A stretch of DNA of 64,000 nucleotides from NCBI GenBank assembly GCA_964016885.1, contig OZ024743.1, positions 35,898,001 through 35,962,000 of the forward strand. The letters are read 5' to 3'. This DNA comes from Eledone cirrhosa. Lineage: Eukaryota. Shown here one piece after another: positions 11,361-25,390 of this stretch (within the stretch, counting starts at the first letter, position 1; each line of letters starts with the position of its first letter). The notes under the pieces were generated by a model. That model was given only the letters and a program-made list of their open reading frames with translations. It was not told the DNA's origin and did not search any database. Position numbers and translations under genes: made by a program.

Positions 11361-11906
11361 AGCCGGAGATGATATGCAGGCTGTAATTACGAAGAAGGTC
11401 TTTACGATTATATCATCCACTCTGATGATTGTGAAGGTTTATTCAGTGCTGAAAGATAATAATCTGTGATTTTCATGAATTTTTGTGTTTGAAATATTTC
11501 AGATCTATCATGTAATCGAATTTTAAAGCCTTATTAAATCTCCAATTCCCTTCCAATCACCGTGTTTATCATTTTCATTTTACTGTTTATAGTTTTCAGT
11601 TGTATTCAGGAGGCGATTTAGCTGAGCGGCTCTGGTGTCGGATCAAACCCCTTGCTATTTTTTCTGATTCACTGCACTCCGAGTTCAAATCCCACCGAGT
11701 GACTAATCGATAATAAGATTGTTACTGATGAAGACGGTGAGATGGATCTGTAGTATCGAGACTAGTCTAGTAATATGGAGTTACATATGGAGTTACTACT
11801 ATCGATTAGTCACTATATCGATTTATCATCATCAATCAACCTTCTGAAACAGTTGTAAAACAATGAACTAATTAAACACTTAACTTGCCTTTTGTTTTCA
11901 TTGTTC

Positions 11907-11958
<52 letters not shown>

Positions 11959-11959
11959 C

Positions 11960-12036
<77 letters not shown>

Positions 12037-12329
12037 TATATATATATATATTTCTTGGTTACTTATTTCTTGGTTATTTAAATGTATATAGGCGCATCCG
12101 CGACCATGTCGATTCGTGTATGTACTCGTATAAATATATATGTATGTATATGTATATATACATCTCCTATGAATATATATGTGCGTGTGTGTATGGACGA
12201 TCGCGCGGAAGTCCAATTGAATTATGTCCTTAGTTCACACTAGACATTTTAATATGTAATCCCGTAAAGAAGACAAACAGTGGCGGTGTCACGTATAATT
12301 TACACTACCATGGGTAGTACATTCCCCTT

Positions 12330-12552
12330 ATAATTGTTTCTACTTAAGGCACAAGGCCAGCAATTTGAAGGCGAGGGGAAAGTCGATTAAATGGATCCCA
12401 GTGCATTACTGGTGCTTTATTCTATCGACCACGTAAGGAAGAAAGGCAAAACTAACCTCTGCGTGATTTGATTTCAGAACGCAAAGGGCCATAACTCTAT
12501 GCCATCGGAAGCATGCTGTCCGACGCTCTTCCGATACTGCCAATCCATTGAC
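12330..12552 (-). mobile_element. Octopod-type SINE, near full length
   Basis: ataattgtttctac..ggcacaaggccagcaattt...gaaaggcaaa...ccgatactgccaatcc. Confidence 0.85.
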
Positions 12553-12874
12553 CTTGTTATTATACATATAATAAACATCCCTTTTCTATGATTATATGTA
12601 TATTATACCATGGTGTACCATATGCGTAATACACACTTCATCTCTATATTATGCTCTTCTCTGTCTATCTGAAAAAAAAGCAAAAAGCAAACAAATAAAT
12701 ATAGAAGGTAATTACAGTAAGCTACTGCCTAAGGGTTTCCCACAAACAACAGCAGGTATACATATGAAAGGAATACCAGTTGATCTTATCGACATCAGTA
12801 CCTATTTTATTTCAAGTCTGGTGCTTATTTTATCGATTACTTTTCGTCGAACCTATCTTTATATATATCGATAG

Positions 12875-13120
12875 AAGCCTTGTGTGTGAAATTGGTGTAG
12901 ACGGAAACTGTAGAATTTCATTGGATGGAATATACCTGTAGTTCAAAGGATCATCCGTGTCACATATTTTGACACGCTGATTGGACTTGAGGATTTCATT
13001 AAAAGTACACGTGTCTGCAGAGTCAGCGCATTGTCGCTTACACATTCGTTTACGAGTTGGGCGTTCAGTTGATCGAACAACTGAATAGTCATCGTCGAAA
13101 CCGATGGAGTATCCACCATC
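12875..13120 (+). mobile_element. Second SINE-like family, 3' part (related degenerate copy at ~10290-10800)
   Basis: aagccttgtg..gaaattgg..gacggaaactgtagaa shared with 10360-10410; tail shared with 48693-48735. Confidence 0.55.
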
Positions 13121-13340
13121 AAATAATGATTTCTGATTTAGGCACAAGGCCAACAATATTTTGGGCAAGAGTAAGTCGATTAAATCGAGCCCAGTGCATT
13201 ACTGGTACTTTATTATATCGACCTCGTAAGGATGAAAGGCAAAGTTAACCTCGGCAGTATTTGAACTCAGAACGAAAAGAGTCATAACTTTATGCCGCTA
13301 AGCATGTTGTCCAACGCTCTACCGATTCTGCCAATCCACC
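13121..13340 (-). mobile_element. Octopod-type SINE, near full length
   Basis: ggcacaaggcc..gtaaggatgaaaggcaaagttaacctcggc..tttgaactcagaacg. Confidence 0.85.
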
Positions 13341-13966
13341 ATGAAATAATGCTTTTCAATTTCACAACGATAATTTGAGGGAAATTGCTTGCTGTTTCCA
13401 ACATGTCAAGCGTTAATATAGACACTAAAATCTAGGTCACTGATTCGCCATCTTACACAAATTTGCAATGTTCAACACCTGTATGTACGACAGCGTCTCT
13501 TTCATTATATTTCCAATAATAAATAGATTTCAAAGTGACGTGATGCGCATGAGTGGACATATATGATGGCAGCCATTTTTTTCCTCTACAAGGCACCAGC
13601 ATTATTAGAGTCACGTCAGCGTCATGCGTGGCAAAAGCTTCAAAGGGAATCTCCATTTTTAAATATTCTTAGGTGTTTTGTATGTTCAAATCAATGTCTA
13701 TCTTTGTGAGTGTGTGCATGCGCACGCGCGCGTGTGTGTGTGTGTGTGCGTGCGTGTGTGAGTGAGTGTGTGCGTGCTTAGGCGTGTGTATGCACGTGTA
13801 TCCGTGTGAATATGTGTATGTGCGTATATATGTGAGAGCGTGTGTGCGTGCATGTGTGTGCATGTGTGTGATTCCTGGTTACATTTTAACGTGTATAAAA
13901 TTTAACTTCACCTGGAAGTTATGAATGTGGGTGTTATTAGGCATGAATATACATGTGCGTGCATAT

Positions 13967-14101
<135 letters not shown>

Positions 14102-14228
14102 GGAAACTTTGAACAGGAACAAAACAGAGACGCAGTACAACGAATGTTTATTAATTTCACTACATACATATATATATATATATACATACATACATACATA
14201 CATACATACATACATACATACATACATA

Positions 14229-14306
14229 CAGAGTGTCCCCCAAAAATGTATACACACTTTGATTAGAATGCTGTAAAAGTGAGTATACATTTTTTGGGAC
14301 ACCCTG
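14229..14306. mobile_element. Tc1/mariner-type MITE (78 bp)
   Basis: TIRs cagagtgtcccccaaaaatgtatacacacttt / aaagtgagtatacattttttgggacaccctg, flanked by TA on both sides. Confidence 0.85.
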
Positions 14307-14447
14307 TATATATGCGCTTTGTATGTATATATAAATATATAATATATATGTGAGTGTGCGTGCATAATTGTATGTATGAGTGTGTACTAAGCTAGAATAT
14401 ATGTCTGTATAAACAACACGACATTATGTTTATATATATATATATAT

Positions 14448-14537
<90 letters not shown>

Positions 14538-14748
14538 TTTATATATGTGTATGCGGTGTATGCGTGTGTTGTTGTATACATGTATGTATGTATACACACG
14601 CACTCACACACATATATGTATATATATATATATATATTTACACACACATACATATCGATTTGTATTTGATACGTGTGACGTCAGCTTTATAGCATCAACT
14701 CTTTACACAAAAGATTTTAATACGTATAAGCAGCACTCCGCCAGTTCT

Positions 14749-14853
<105 letters not shown>

Positions 14854-14994
14854 GTTATATGACAATCAATTGGAATTCATCATACATCGATATGTTGTCT
14901 TTTACGTGTCCTAAAATAAATGCCATTCTTTACCTTTAAATAGACATTAACCTATACTAGGTTGAAAAAGATACGCTAATGTAAAATGGATTCC

Positions 14995-15043
<49 letters not shown>

Positions 15044-15605
15044 ATGTGTGTGTGTGTGTAAATATATGTGTACGTACAGACACACATACATATAGGTATA
15101 GACATACACACACATGAATATATATATATATAATATAATATAATATAATATATAGGGAAACAGAAAAATGTGCGTTTAAAATTACACACACACACAACAC
15201 ACACATATATATATATATATGTATACATATATATGTACGTACAGAGACACATACATATATCTATACACATACACACACATATTTATATATATATATAAGC
15301 ATGTATGTATATTGAAATATGTTGTAATGTGTTTATAAAAATATTAGTGTAAACTATATATATGGTTGAAGGACCATTGATATGTGTTTGGACCAGAGTA
15401 TGTTTCACGTATATAAGATAAAACATCATGGAGTCGCATATGATGAACAGTGAAATATAAAAACACACGTGCTTACACATATATGTGTTTACACATATAT
15501 GTGCTTTCACATATATGTGCTTACACATATACATATACACACAATCTTATGTATGAATACAGGGAGCATAAATACCAATACAAATGCACACACTCACACA
15601 CAAAC

Positions 15606-15659
<54 letters not shown>

Positions 15660-15667
15660 CACATACA

Positions 15668-15721
<54 letters not shown>

Positions 15722-15745
15722 CACATATACATATACATATATATG

Positions 15746-15822
<77 letters not shown>

Positions 15823-15858
15823 ATACATATATATATGTATATATATGTATATGTATGT

Positions 15859-15904
<46 letters not shown>

Positions 15905-16118
15905 TTTCAAAAATTGACACAGATATGGAGAGCTATGAATATAGATGAAATGATGGTAGATAAATAGATAGAGAAACAGACCGACAGATAGACAGGGAGA
16001 GAGAGTGAGAGAGAGAGAGTGAGAAATAGATAATAGATAGATAGATAGATAGAGAGAGAGAGGGAGTGATAAATAGATAGATAGAGAGAGAGAAAGAAAG
16101 AGAGAGAGAGAGATAGAG

Positions 16119-16215
<97 letters not shown>

Positions 16216-16459
16216 CAGAAAGTGATAGCCAAAGAAAAAAGTAGAAATACATACATAAAGTATATATTACGAATCTTAGTATTTAATCTATCGAGTTTGA
16301 AGAGACACGAATCTTGATGAGAATATACGCATGAATATATATATACACACGCATTTGCAAACCTGCTAATATACATACACATATGTATGTGTATATGTGT
16401 GTATGTATGTATGTATGTATGTATGTATGTATGTATGTATGTATGTATGTATGTATGTA

Positions 16460-17085
16460 TGCCTTTGCTCACTATAAAAGCTTCACGGCACCGGCATTGC
16501 TTTATATCTGGAGATCTCTCTGCACTTGTCCTCACATGGTACCATGGGCCCAGCACTATGTGTCAATAATTGTCACAAGTGTAGTGTTTGTACCAGAGTT
16601 TTCAAATCGCTGGCTGGACTAAAAAGTCACACTCGTTCAGTGCATCGGTAGGGGTTCTCCTACATGGATATAAAGTAGTGGCCGTACTCGAAAACGAGTT
16701 GGCAGCCACCATGTATGTATGTATATATATGATATAACACCTGCAACCGTGATGGCATCCAATGATGTTGACTTGTTCTTCTTTTTGGTAAATATCATCT
16801 TGGTTAAGAGAGTGGGACTGGCTTTGTGCAGTGCCTTTGCTCACTATAAAAGCTTTACGGCACAGGCATTGCTTTATATCTGGAGATCTCTCTGCACTTG
16901 TCATCACAGGGTACAATGAGCCCAGCACTATGTGTCAATAATTGTCACAAGTGTAGTGTTTGTACCAGAGTTTTCAAGTCGCTGGCTGGACTAAAAAGTC
17001 ACACTCGTTCAGCGCATCGGTAGGGGTTCTCCTACATGGATATAAAGTAGTGGCCGTACTCGAAAACGAGTTGGCAACCACCATG
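16460..17085 (+). mobile_element. Two 5'-truncated copies (16460-16713, 16730-17085) of RTE-derived non-autonomous family F
   Basis: Match 23369-23974; 3' part encodes HKCSVCTRVFKSLAGLKSHTRSAHR*; each ends in a (TATG)n tail. Confidence 0.88.
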
Positions 17086-17180
17086 TCTGTATGTATGTAT
17101 GTATGTATGTATGTATGTATGTATGTATGTATGTATGTATGTATGTATGTATGAATGTATGTATGTACGTATGTATGTAT

Positions 17181-19777
17181 GTTCTGATTTTATAATTTCA
17201 CAAATGTTTGCCAATAGAGAGAGAGTCGGTTTCTAACATAGTTACAAGAGTCTCTCATTGGAATTTAAATAACATCAACTAGGTAGATATGTCTGCATGT
17301 CTGCATGCTTGTGTGTGCAGGTAAGAATGTTATTGTATGTGTGGATGTGGATGTTTTGAGTTATATGTGTGCATGTGTATATGCTTTGTATCTGTACATG
17401 TATATATGCAGTTATTAGATGCAACATTTTTGGAATGTTTTACATATTTTTACTGTTCCATTAATCGATTATACTTGTAATTTCCTAACTAGTTGTGTTC
17501 TTTCTGTTCCTGTGAAGCTCAGCTTCTCAAGATTTGTATTGAGGCAGTTACTAACATACCCCAGTGCCCCAATAATCACAGGCATAAATCTGAAGGTGTA
17601 ATCAGGGTGGAATATCTGCAGATTTCTTATCAGTTCTGCATAAATATTCTCCTTTCCACTAATCTTTGATATTATATTGGCATCTGTTGGCCAGCTAATT
17701 TCCACTACTGTGCATGCTTTCTTCTCCCTGTCCCATGTCATAATATCTGGTCTGTTTTGCCTGCATTTTATTGGGGTTTTTTCTGGAATATTCCACCAGT
17801 ACTCTTTCATATTATGTACATGATGTTTTCCACATTGCTGTAGCTTTTAATGTGCTTATTATCGGGGCTATCTTTTTTACGAACTGCATTGTACAGTGTT
17901 TTGGCCACTACATCATGCCTCATAGGTAGATAGTACCGCGATGACATCTTTGGACAGCTGCTGATGACATGGGTGATACCCTCGATGTTAGTTCTGCAGA
18001 GTCTGCACTTGTTATCACATCTAGGTGCTTTGCCTGCATCCCTATCTCTTTTGTGAATCAGGTATTTCGTGTTAATCTCCTGTTCTTGGATTGCAAAAGC
18101 GTATCCTTCAAAGCGTATCCTTCAAGCGTATCCTTCTGGAGCTTCCTGGCAATATATCCATGCATAATTTTTTGCTGATAAGTATGTAGTTTTTCATCCA
18201 TGGATTCACTGCGATACTGCTGAGCGACTTGCCCGGGTGTGAGTTTTTGATTATCACACGGAATATCTCTCGAGGAGTTCCTTCCCAACTCTCATCATCT
18301 TATCTGTTTTATGCAGATAGACTTGCTCGAGAAACGGGCTCCTACACTTCGAGGTTCGTAGATGTTGTCGGAGAGATATGATGCGACATTCAAATGTTGT
18401 CTGGACTGATGTTAGGCCTCTGCCTCCCTGCTTAGGTTCCAAGTAAACGCGGTCTAAATCACTGTTGATGTGGAAGTTTCCGGTGTTGTTTAGTATTTTT
18501 CGAGTTCCAACATCAACTGCTCGGATTTCGTCTATCGTCCAATTGAGTATTCCAAACGTTGGTGTTAGAACAGGCACAGCAAACACATTGTGAGCCACTG
18601 TTTTGTTTTGCGGAGAGAGTTCCGATGACCAGATCTTTCTTAATCGGATGTAGTATTCGCTGGTTACGCGTTCTTTATTACAGATACCATTATAGGATAT
18701 GTTCTCATCTATCCCCAGATATCTGTAGCAGTCCTCATCAGATATCGGTGAAACAGTTAGGCCATTGATGACAATGTTGCTAGATTGGGTTGTTGTTTTT
18801 CCCCGCTTTACAGTCATGTATGAGCATTTATCTTGGCCAAATTCCATTCCTATATCCTTTGAGAACGTTGTAACCAGGTCAACATTTTTCTTCATCCCAT
18901 CCATGTTCTTGGCATAGAGTTTCAGATCGTCCACAAAGAAATTATGGGTTAGGTTCGTATTTCTGTCCTCCCGTGTGCCAATGATGTATCCCTCACATTT
19001 CTTGAGTAGAAAGGACAAGGAGTTTAATGACAAGGTGAATAATATCACAGAGAGACTGTCCCCCTGAAATATACCCCTGCGATATTTTATTTTATCAGTG
19101 AAAATAGAGTCCTCCCTCTCTGTCTTTAACCTTAGGATAGTAGCCCAAGAAGAAGACAGCCTCTCTATGGCTCTGACAATAATGTCTGGGACTTTAGCAA
19201 GTTGGAGGGCCTCTATCATCCAAGAGTGGGGAACAGAATTGAAAGCTTTCCTGTAGTCCAGCCAGACTGTAGTCATATTCCTCCTAAGTTGTCGCACCTC
19301 CGACATCGCAGTTTTGTTGATTAGGAGTTGCTCAGCACATCCCCAAACCTCTTTCTTTCCAGCTGCTTGTTCATCTGTGATGATGTTATTATTTTCACAG
19401 CGATCTTGGAGGAATAGGTTCAGGCAGGCTGTATACATCTTATACATCAGGTTCTGGCATGGAATGGGTCGGTAGTTTTTTGCCAAGTGGGTGTCTTTGA
19501 TCTTGGGGACCAGTAATGTTTGTGCTAATGTCAACCATTCTGGTATAAGTGTATCTCCCTTAAGAACTTGTTGGTAGAGGTCAGTAAGATACCTCCGATA
19601 GAATATCAGTTTTTTGTACCAGTAGCCGGCAATCATGTCTCTTCCTGGTGTTTTCTTATCTTGGAGTTTTCCTATCACAGTCTCAAGGGTACCCTCACTT
19701 ATTTCGTATGTTTTTGTTGTAGTGTAGGAGCAATAATTCTTTCGGATTTCTCTAACCACACTGTATCTTGGTTGAAA
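17181..19777 (-). mobile_element. R4/Dong-clade non-LTR retrotransposon, 5'-truncated and frameshifted
   Basis: RT: TPGRDMIAGYWYK, NYRPI, WLDYRKAFNSVPH, GIFQGDSLS, FVDDLKLY, GGRGL; CCHC CRLC..THVISSC and RHD at ~17900-18010; RLE RPDIMTWD..VVEIS.P..K..Y..PVIIGALG. Confidence 0.92.
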
Positions 19778-19934
19778 TGTATGTATGTATGTATGTATGT
19801 ATGTATGTATGTATGTATGTATGTATGTATGTATGTATGTATGTATGTATGTATGTATGTATGTATGTGTGTGTGTATGTATGTATGCATGTATGTGTGT
19901 ATGTATGCATGTATGTGTGTATGTATGTCTGTAT

Positions 19935-20511
19935 GTTTTTCTGGTTTTATAATTTCCCAAATTTTTACCAATAGAGAGAGAGTCGGATTCTAACATAGTT
20001 ACAAGACTCTCTCATTGGAATTTAAACAACATCAACTAGGTAGATATGTCTGCATGTCTGCATGCTTGTGTGTGAAGGTAAGAATGTTATTGTATGTGTG
20101 GATGTGTATGTTTTGAGTTATATGTGTGCTTTGTATCTGTACATGTATATATGCAGTTATTAGATGCAATATTTTTGGAATGTTTTACATATTTTTACTG
20201 TTCCATTAATGGATTATACTTGTAATTTCCTCACTAGTTGTGTTCTTTCTCTTCTTGTGAAGCTCAGCTTTCTCAAGATTTGTATTGAGGCAGTTACTAA
20301 CATACCCCAGTGCCCCAATAATCACAGGCATAAATCTGAAGGTACAGTCAGGGTGGAGTATCTGCAGATTTCTCATTAGTTCTGCATAAATATTCTCCTT
20401 TTCGCTAATCTTTGATATTATATTGACATCTGCTGGGCAGCTAACTTCCACTACTGTGCATTCCTTCTTTTCCCTGTCCCATATCATATCTGGTCTGTTA
20501 TACCTGCATTT

Positions 20512-20512
<1 letters not shown>
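19935..20512 (-). mobile_element. Second, short R4/Dong copy (RLE end plus 3' UTR)
   Basis: Near-duplicate of 17181-17770; NRPDMIWDREKKECTVVEVSCP. Confidence 0.9.
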
Positions 20513-20543
<31 letters not shown>

Positions 20544-21052
20544 TGTATGTATGTATGTATGTATGTATGTATGTATGTATGTATGTATGTATGTATGTAT
20601 CTATGTATGTGTGTGTGTATGTATGTGTGTATGTGTGTATGTATGTATGCATGTATGTATCTATGTATGTGTGTGTGTATGTATGTGTGTATGTGTGTAT
20701 GTATGTATGCATGTATGTATGTATGCATGTATGTATGTATCTATGTATGTGTGTGTGTATGTATGTATGTATGTATGTATCTATGTATGTATGTATGTAT
20801 GTATGTATGTATGTATGTATGTATGTATGTATGTATGTATCTATGTATGTGTGTGTGTATGTATGTGTGTATGTGTGTATGTATGTATGCATGTATGTGA
20901 GGATGGAAAGTTAGATAATGTACTCGATATATGAAGTAGAGAAGGAACAATCTTTATTTCAGATAGAAATGACTGCTAAAAGTCTCGAACTGATCCATTT
21001 GATTGAAATTAACACAGGAAACCGAATGAAATAGTTTCTAGTCACATAGAAG

Positions 21053-21203
<151 letters not shown>

Positions 21204-22147
21204 TATAATCAATAAAATCATAGAACATAAATACATGTAAACGAAACCTCATCGTTTTTTCTTATTATATACACTCTGCCTATATACACAATGCCACCAG
21301 TAATTCACTGAATCACCTATTGTCGGTTTGCCGAGTTTGGGAAGGTGGACCGTCTACCTTCGGTTTGCCGAATTTGGAGGGTAGGCCCGGACTGGTTCTG
21401 GAGCAATAACGGTCTAATCTACGTGAATATATATATATATATATATACAAATATATATATATGTATAGTGTTTGTATGTGTGTGCGTGTGTGTGTGTGTG
21501 TATACATGTACACACACACATATATGTGTGTGTTAGCGTGTGTATTTACAAAGTTCTTTATTTTCCAAAATCTACATTGATCGTCAAATATATACTAGAC
21601 GTCATGTCCCCCTTCCCAGTAATTATATTCCCCCCCCCCCTAACTACCAAAACACATATATTTGTATATGTGCTACAATTTATGTACATGTTATGTTTAT
21701 TGCATATCGAAGTTATTTTATATCTTGGTCGATATTTGATAACAGCTAAACTAATCACTACAACTGAATTGACCAAATTTGGCCCCTACTCCCTAATTCA
21801 GAAAGGCTTCCACCGCCTCTGGTATATACTATATCTCCAAACTGTGACAGTTCTAGATCCTGAATTTGTCAGGATATCGATAAGAAACCACACATAGAAA
21901 CATGTCAGGTTATAGATACTCAGTCCGAAGGTGGTCACAACCGAATGTTAACCCATTCACCAACAACGCTTAAATTCTACAGTTATTTCTTTGTTTTCTT
22001 AATTAAACTTACTTAAATTTACTTAAATATTGCATTATCTATGTGTCTATCTACCCACCCCATACATTTAAGTCTTAAACGACATGTCTATCATTTTATA
22101 TCATGTTTATATTATTTTGTGATCTCATTATTTTGTTATATATAACG

Positions 22148-22365
22148 AGGCCGGAGGATTTGGCAGTATCGGTAGAGCATCGGACGCCATGCTTTGCAGC
22201 ATAGATTTACGCCCCTTTACGTTCTGAGTTCAAATCCCACCGAGGTTAGCTTTGCCTTTTATACTTACGGGGTTGATAAAATAAAGTACCAGTAATACAC
22301 TGGCGTCGATTTATTCGACTTTCCTTTCCCCCAAAATTGCTGGCCTTGTGCATATATAAGAAACC
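22148..22365 (+). mobile_element. Octopod-type SINE, full length
   Basis: ggatttggcagtatcggtagagc (A-box-like), gagttcaaatccc (B-box-like), ctttgccttt..ggggttgataaaataaagtaccag. Confidence 0.88.
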
Positions 22366-23164
22366 ATTATTGTGTTATATAATACTCTTACGTTGCTATA
22401 AACTACATACAGCTCTGACGACTAATGCGCAAACAATACATACATACATGCACACACACCCACACACATATATGTATGCAAACAGATACACATATATATG
22501 TGCATTTATATATAAGAAACATAACTACTTAGTGCAAAATTATGATTATATTTGAAAGAAAATTCAATAGAATGCAAACATTATTTGGGGATATAATATG
22601 TTCCTACAATATTGAAAGGGTTAAAGCTTGTCCCCAAAGAGTTTCACTGTCACTCTCTTTGAGGAACACCTCCACACCCTCCTAACGGGCCGATCAGTCT
22701 TACAGATTTCACCTAATAAAGTTTTGGGGTACCTGCACGAGCTTTTATCTCTTATATTTTTTGTGACCTTTCTGTCTTCATAGTGGCTCTTAATATCCTC
22801 TAATCAGTCATCTTATGCCTCTCTCCCTCCCTCGTCTCTCTCTCACTCCTCCTTGTCTTTCTCTATCTTTCACGCATGATGGAGAGAGCGGGAGAGACAG
22901 AGGCAGTGACAGTGGGAGTTTGGTTGCTTTGTGTTCGGACCTGCTGTATATGTATGTATGTATACATTCATTTACGGCACCACATACAGGATTGAATGTA
23001 ACAGCAACCTTATATAGGAAAAGGAAAATAGTTTCTTTGAACCATTACAGACTAACTAAAATGTAAAAAGAAAGTGTCAATTTTATCGAGGGTAATGGAA
23101 AGTTCAATATTTACCAGACTGTGAAGCATAGAATTCACTTATACCCACAATACTCTATTTCTCC

Positions 23165-23291
<127 letters not shown>

Positions 23292-23368
23292 AGTATGTGT
23301 AGGTGTGTGTATATATATACAATTGCATACAAATAACACGCACACATACATACATATATACATATATA

Positions 23369-23974
23369 CATGATGGCTGCCAACTCGTTTTCGAGTACGG
23401 CCACTGCTTTATATCCATGTAGGACAACCCCTACCGATGCGCTGAACGAGTGTGACTTTTTAGTCCAGCCAGCGACTTGAAAATTCTGGTACAAACACTA
23501 CATTTGTGACAATTATTGACACATAGTGCTAGGCCCATGGTACCATGTGATGACAAGTGCAGAGAGATCTCCAGATATAAAGCAATGCCTGTGCCGTGAA
23601 GCTTTTATAGTGAGCAAAGGCACTGCACAAAACCAGTCCCACTCTCTTAACCAAGATGATATTTAGCAAAAAGAAGAACAAGTCAACATCATTGGATACC
23701 ATCAGGGTTGCAGGTGTTATATCAGAGTTTTCCTTCTCCTAGAATTCTGCCTTGACAAAGGCTAAGGGGTCATCTCTCCCGGTGATTTTGGATGGCCATT
23801 GACTCTTAAGAGCTCCTTTGCCCTTTGACAGGTTTTGTTTTTAGTCCTGCAGGATGTCCAAAGTCACCCTCCTCATCAAGAAACCTTTGTGGGGTTGCCA
23901 GTTTAGTCGCCAACGACCGACCATGAGACAGGTTGTACTGGGATACATGTTACCAGTAGCACCAACTGGTGACC
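23369..23974 (-). mobile_element. Full-length (~600 bp) bipartite RTE-derived non-autonomous element, family F
   Basis: 5' part matches 59064-59253, which is fused to an RTE ORF; 3' part is a C2H2-finger remnant resembling the RTE ORF end; same 5' end as the copy ending at 43720. Confidence 0.85.
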
Positions 23975-24660
23975 TACACACATACATATATACTTACAAA
24001 CCTGCATACATACATACATACATACATACATACATACATACATACATACATACATACATACATACATGAATGCATGCATATATGCATATCTACGTTTGCA
24101 TCTATATATATATAAATATTAAATAATTTTCATAAAATATATCTGTTACAACATCTGCAATGACGATGAAAATGTTAAATAACAGCAAAAGAAATCAACA
24201 CCATATCGGTGAAACTGTGATTTTAGAGAGGGAAATATTTCGACACGGAACGTACGTATTAGAAGCTGGCCTAAATTGCTCACGTTGTATGAAGCCTTAA
24301 CTGATTGTTAGATATGAGATAGATTCTAGATTAAGCCGAAAGTAAACACATTGAAAGGAACAAAAATATATGCATGCAGGAATTTGCAAGTGCATGTATC
24401 TGCCTGTGGATGCAGAGGCGTGTATGCATGTGTATTCATGTCTGTCCTCCTGTGTGTATGTATGTATGTGTATGCATGTTTGTGCGTGACTATGTGTATA
24501 TGCATGTTTTTACCCGCGCGCGCGCGCGCGTGTGTGTGTGCATGATTGTGAATGTGTGTATATTTGTGTGTGTTAAATTTAAGATAGAAAAACAAGAAAA
24601 CTACCAAAAATAAAACAAAAACAAAACATTAAGTCAAATCTCAAACTACTACTACTACGG

Positions 24661-24696
<36 letters not shown>

Positions 24697-24704
24697 GACA
24701 CAGT

Positions 24705-24914
24705 AATAATTGTTTCTACTTTCGGCACAAGGCCAGCAATTTGAAAGGGAAAGGGAAAGTCGAATAAATCGACCCTGGTATATTACTGGTATTTTATTTT
24801 ATCGACCCCGTAAGAATGAAAGGCAAAGCTAACCTCAGAACGCAGAGGGATGTAACTATATGCCACAAAACATGTTGTCCGACGCTCAACTGATACGGCC
24901 AATCTTCCGCCCTT
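24705..24914 (-). mobile_element. Octopod-type SINE with diverged long TSD
   Basis: SINE motifs; flanks actagacacagtaataat / actaaacacaggaataat. Confidence 0.85.
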
Positions 24915-25164
24915 ACTAAACACAGGAATAATAAGTTCTGAGATATTTATAAAGCCAAATATTTTGGAGGAGGGCGGTAGAGTCGCTAGGGTTGCAGTGT
25001 TAATGTTTTAATTGCTGCAGCTGACAAATATTTGTTGCTTATGATATCCTCTCTCCAGATAAATATTACACACAATTGTCACTGATAGAAAAGTCATTAA
25101 GGAGATTATAGACTTCTGGTATCCTTGGCCCTAGGGCCACCACCCTATTTACCACCATCGGCAC

Positions 25165-25390
25165 AGAGTTGGCTACTCGCAGGTGTGAGCCTTGCGAGCT
25201 GGAATGGCTCTTCCAGCGCGTCCCTCACTATCCTCCGGAGAAACGCCTTTTCTATTCTGTCCGCCGGGGCTGCGGGGTGGCCACCGCGTGAGCCCCCATT
25301 TGCTCATAATAGTGAGAGATGGGGAGACGGGAGAGACGGAGATAGTTACAGTGGGAGTTTGGTTATTTTGTGCTCGGACCTGGTGTATAT
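25165..25390 (+). mobile_element. CRE-like 3' fragment with tail (tail also at 22876-22950; more diverged fragment at ~25520-25630)
   Basis: cgcaggtgtgagcc..gagctggaatggct.ttccag (RRCEP.ELEWLFQ), aacgccttttctattctgtccgccggggctg. Confidence 0.7.

Noticed and set aside
11099-11469. Poly-Asp acidic protein ORF
   Set aside because: Pure GAT/GAC microsatellite
22160-22245. tRNA gene
   Set aside because: A/B-box-like motifs are present, but there is no cloverleaf and they are embedded in a multi-copy SINE
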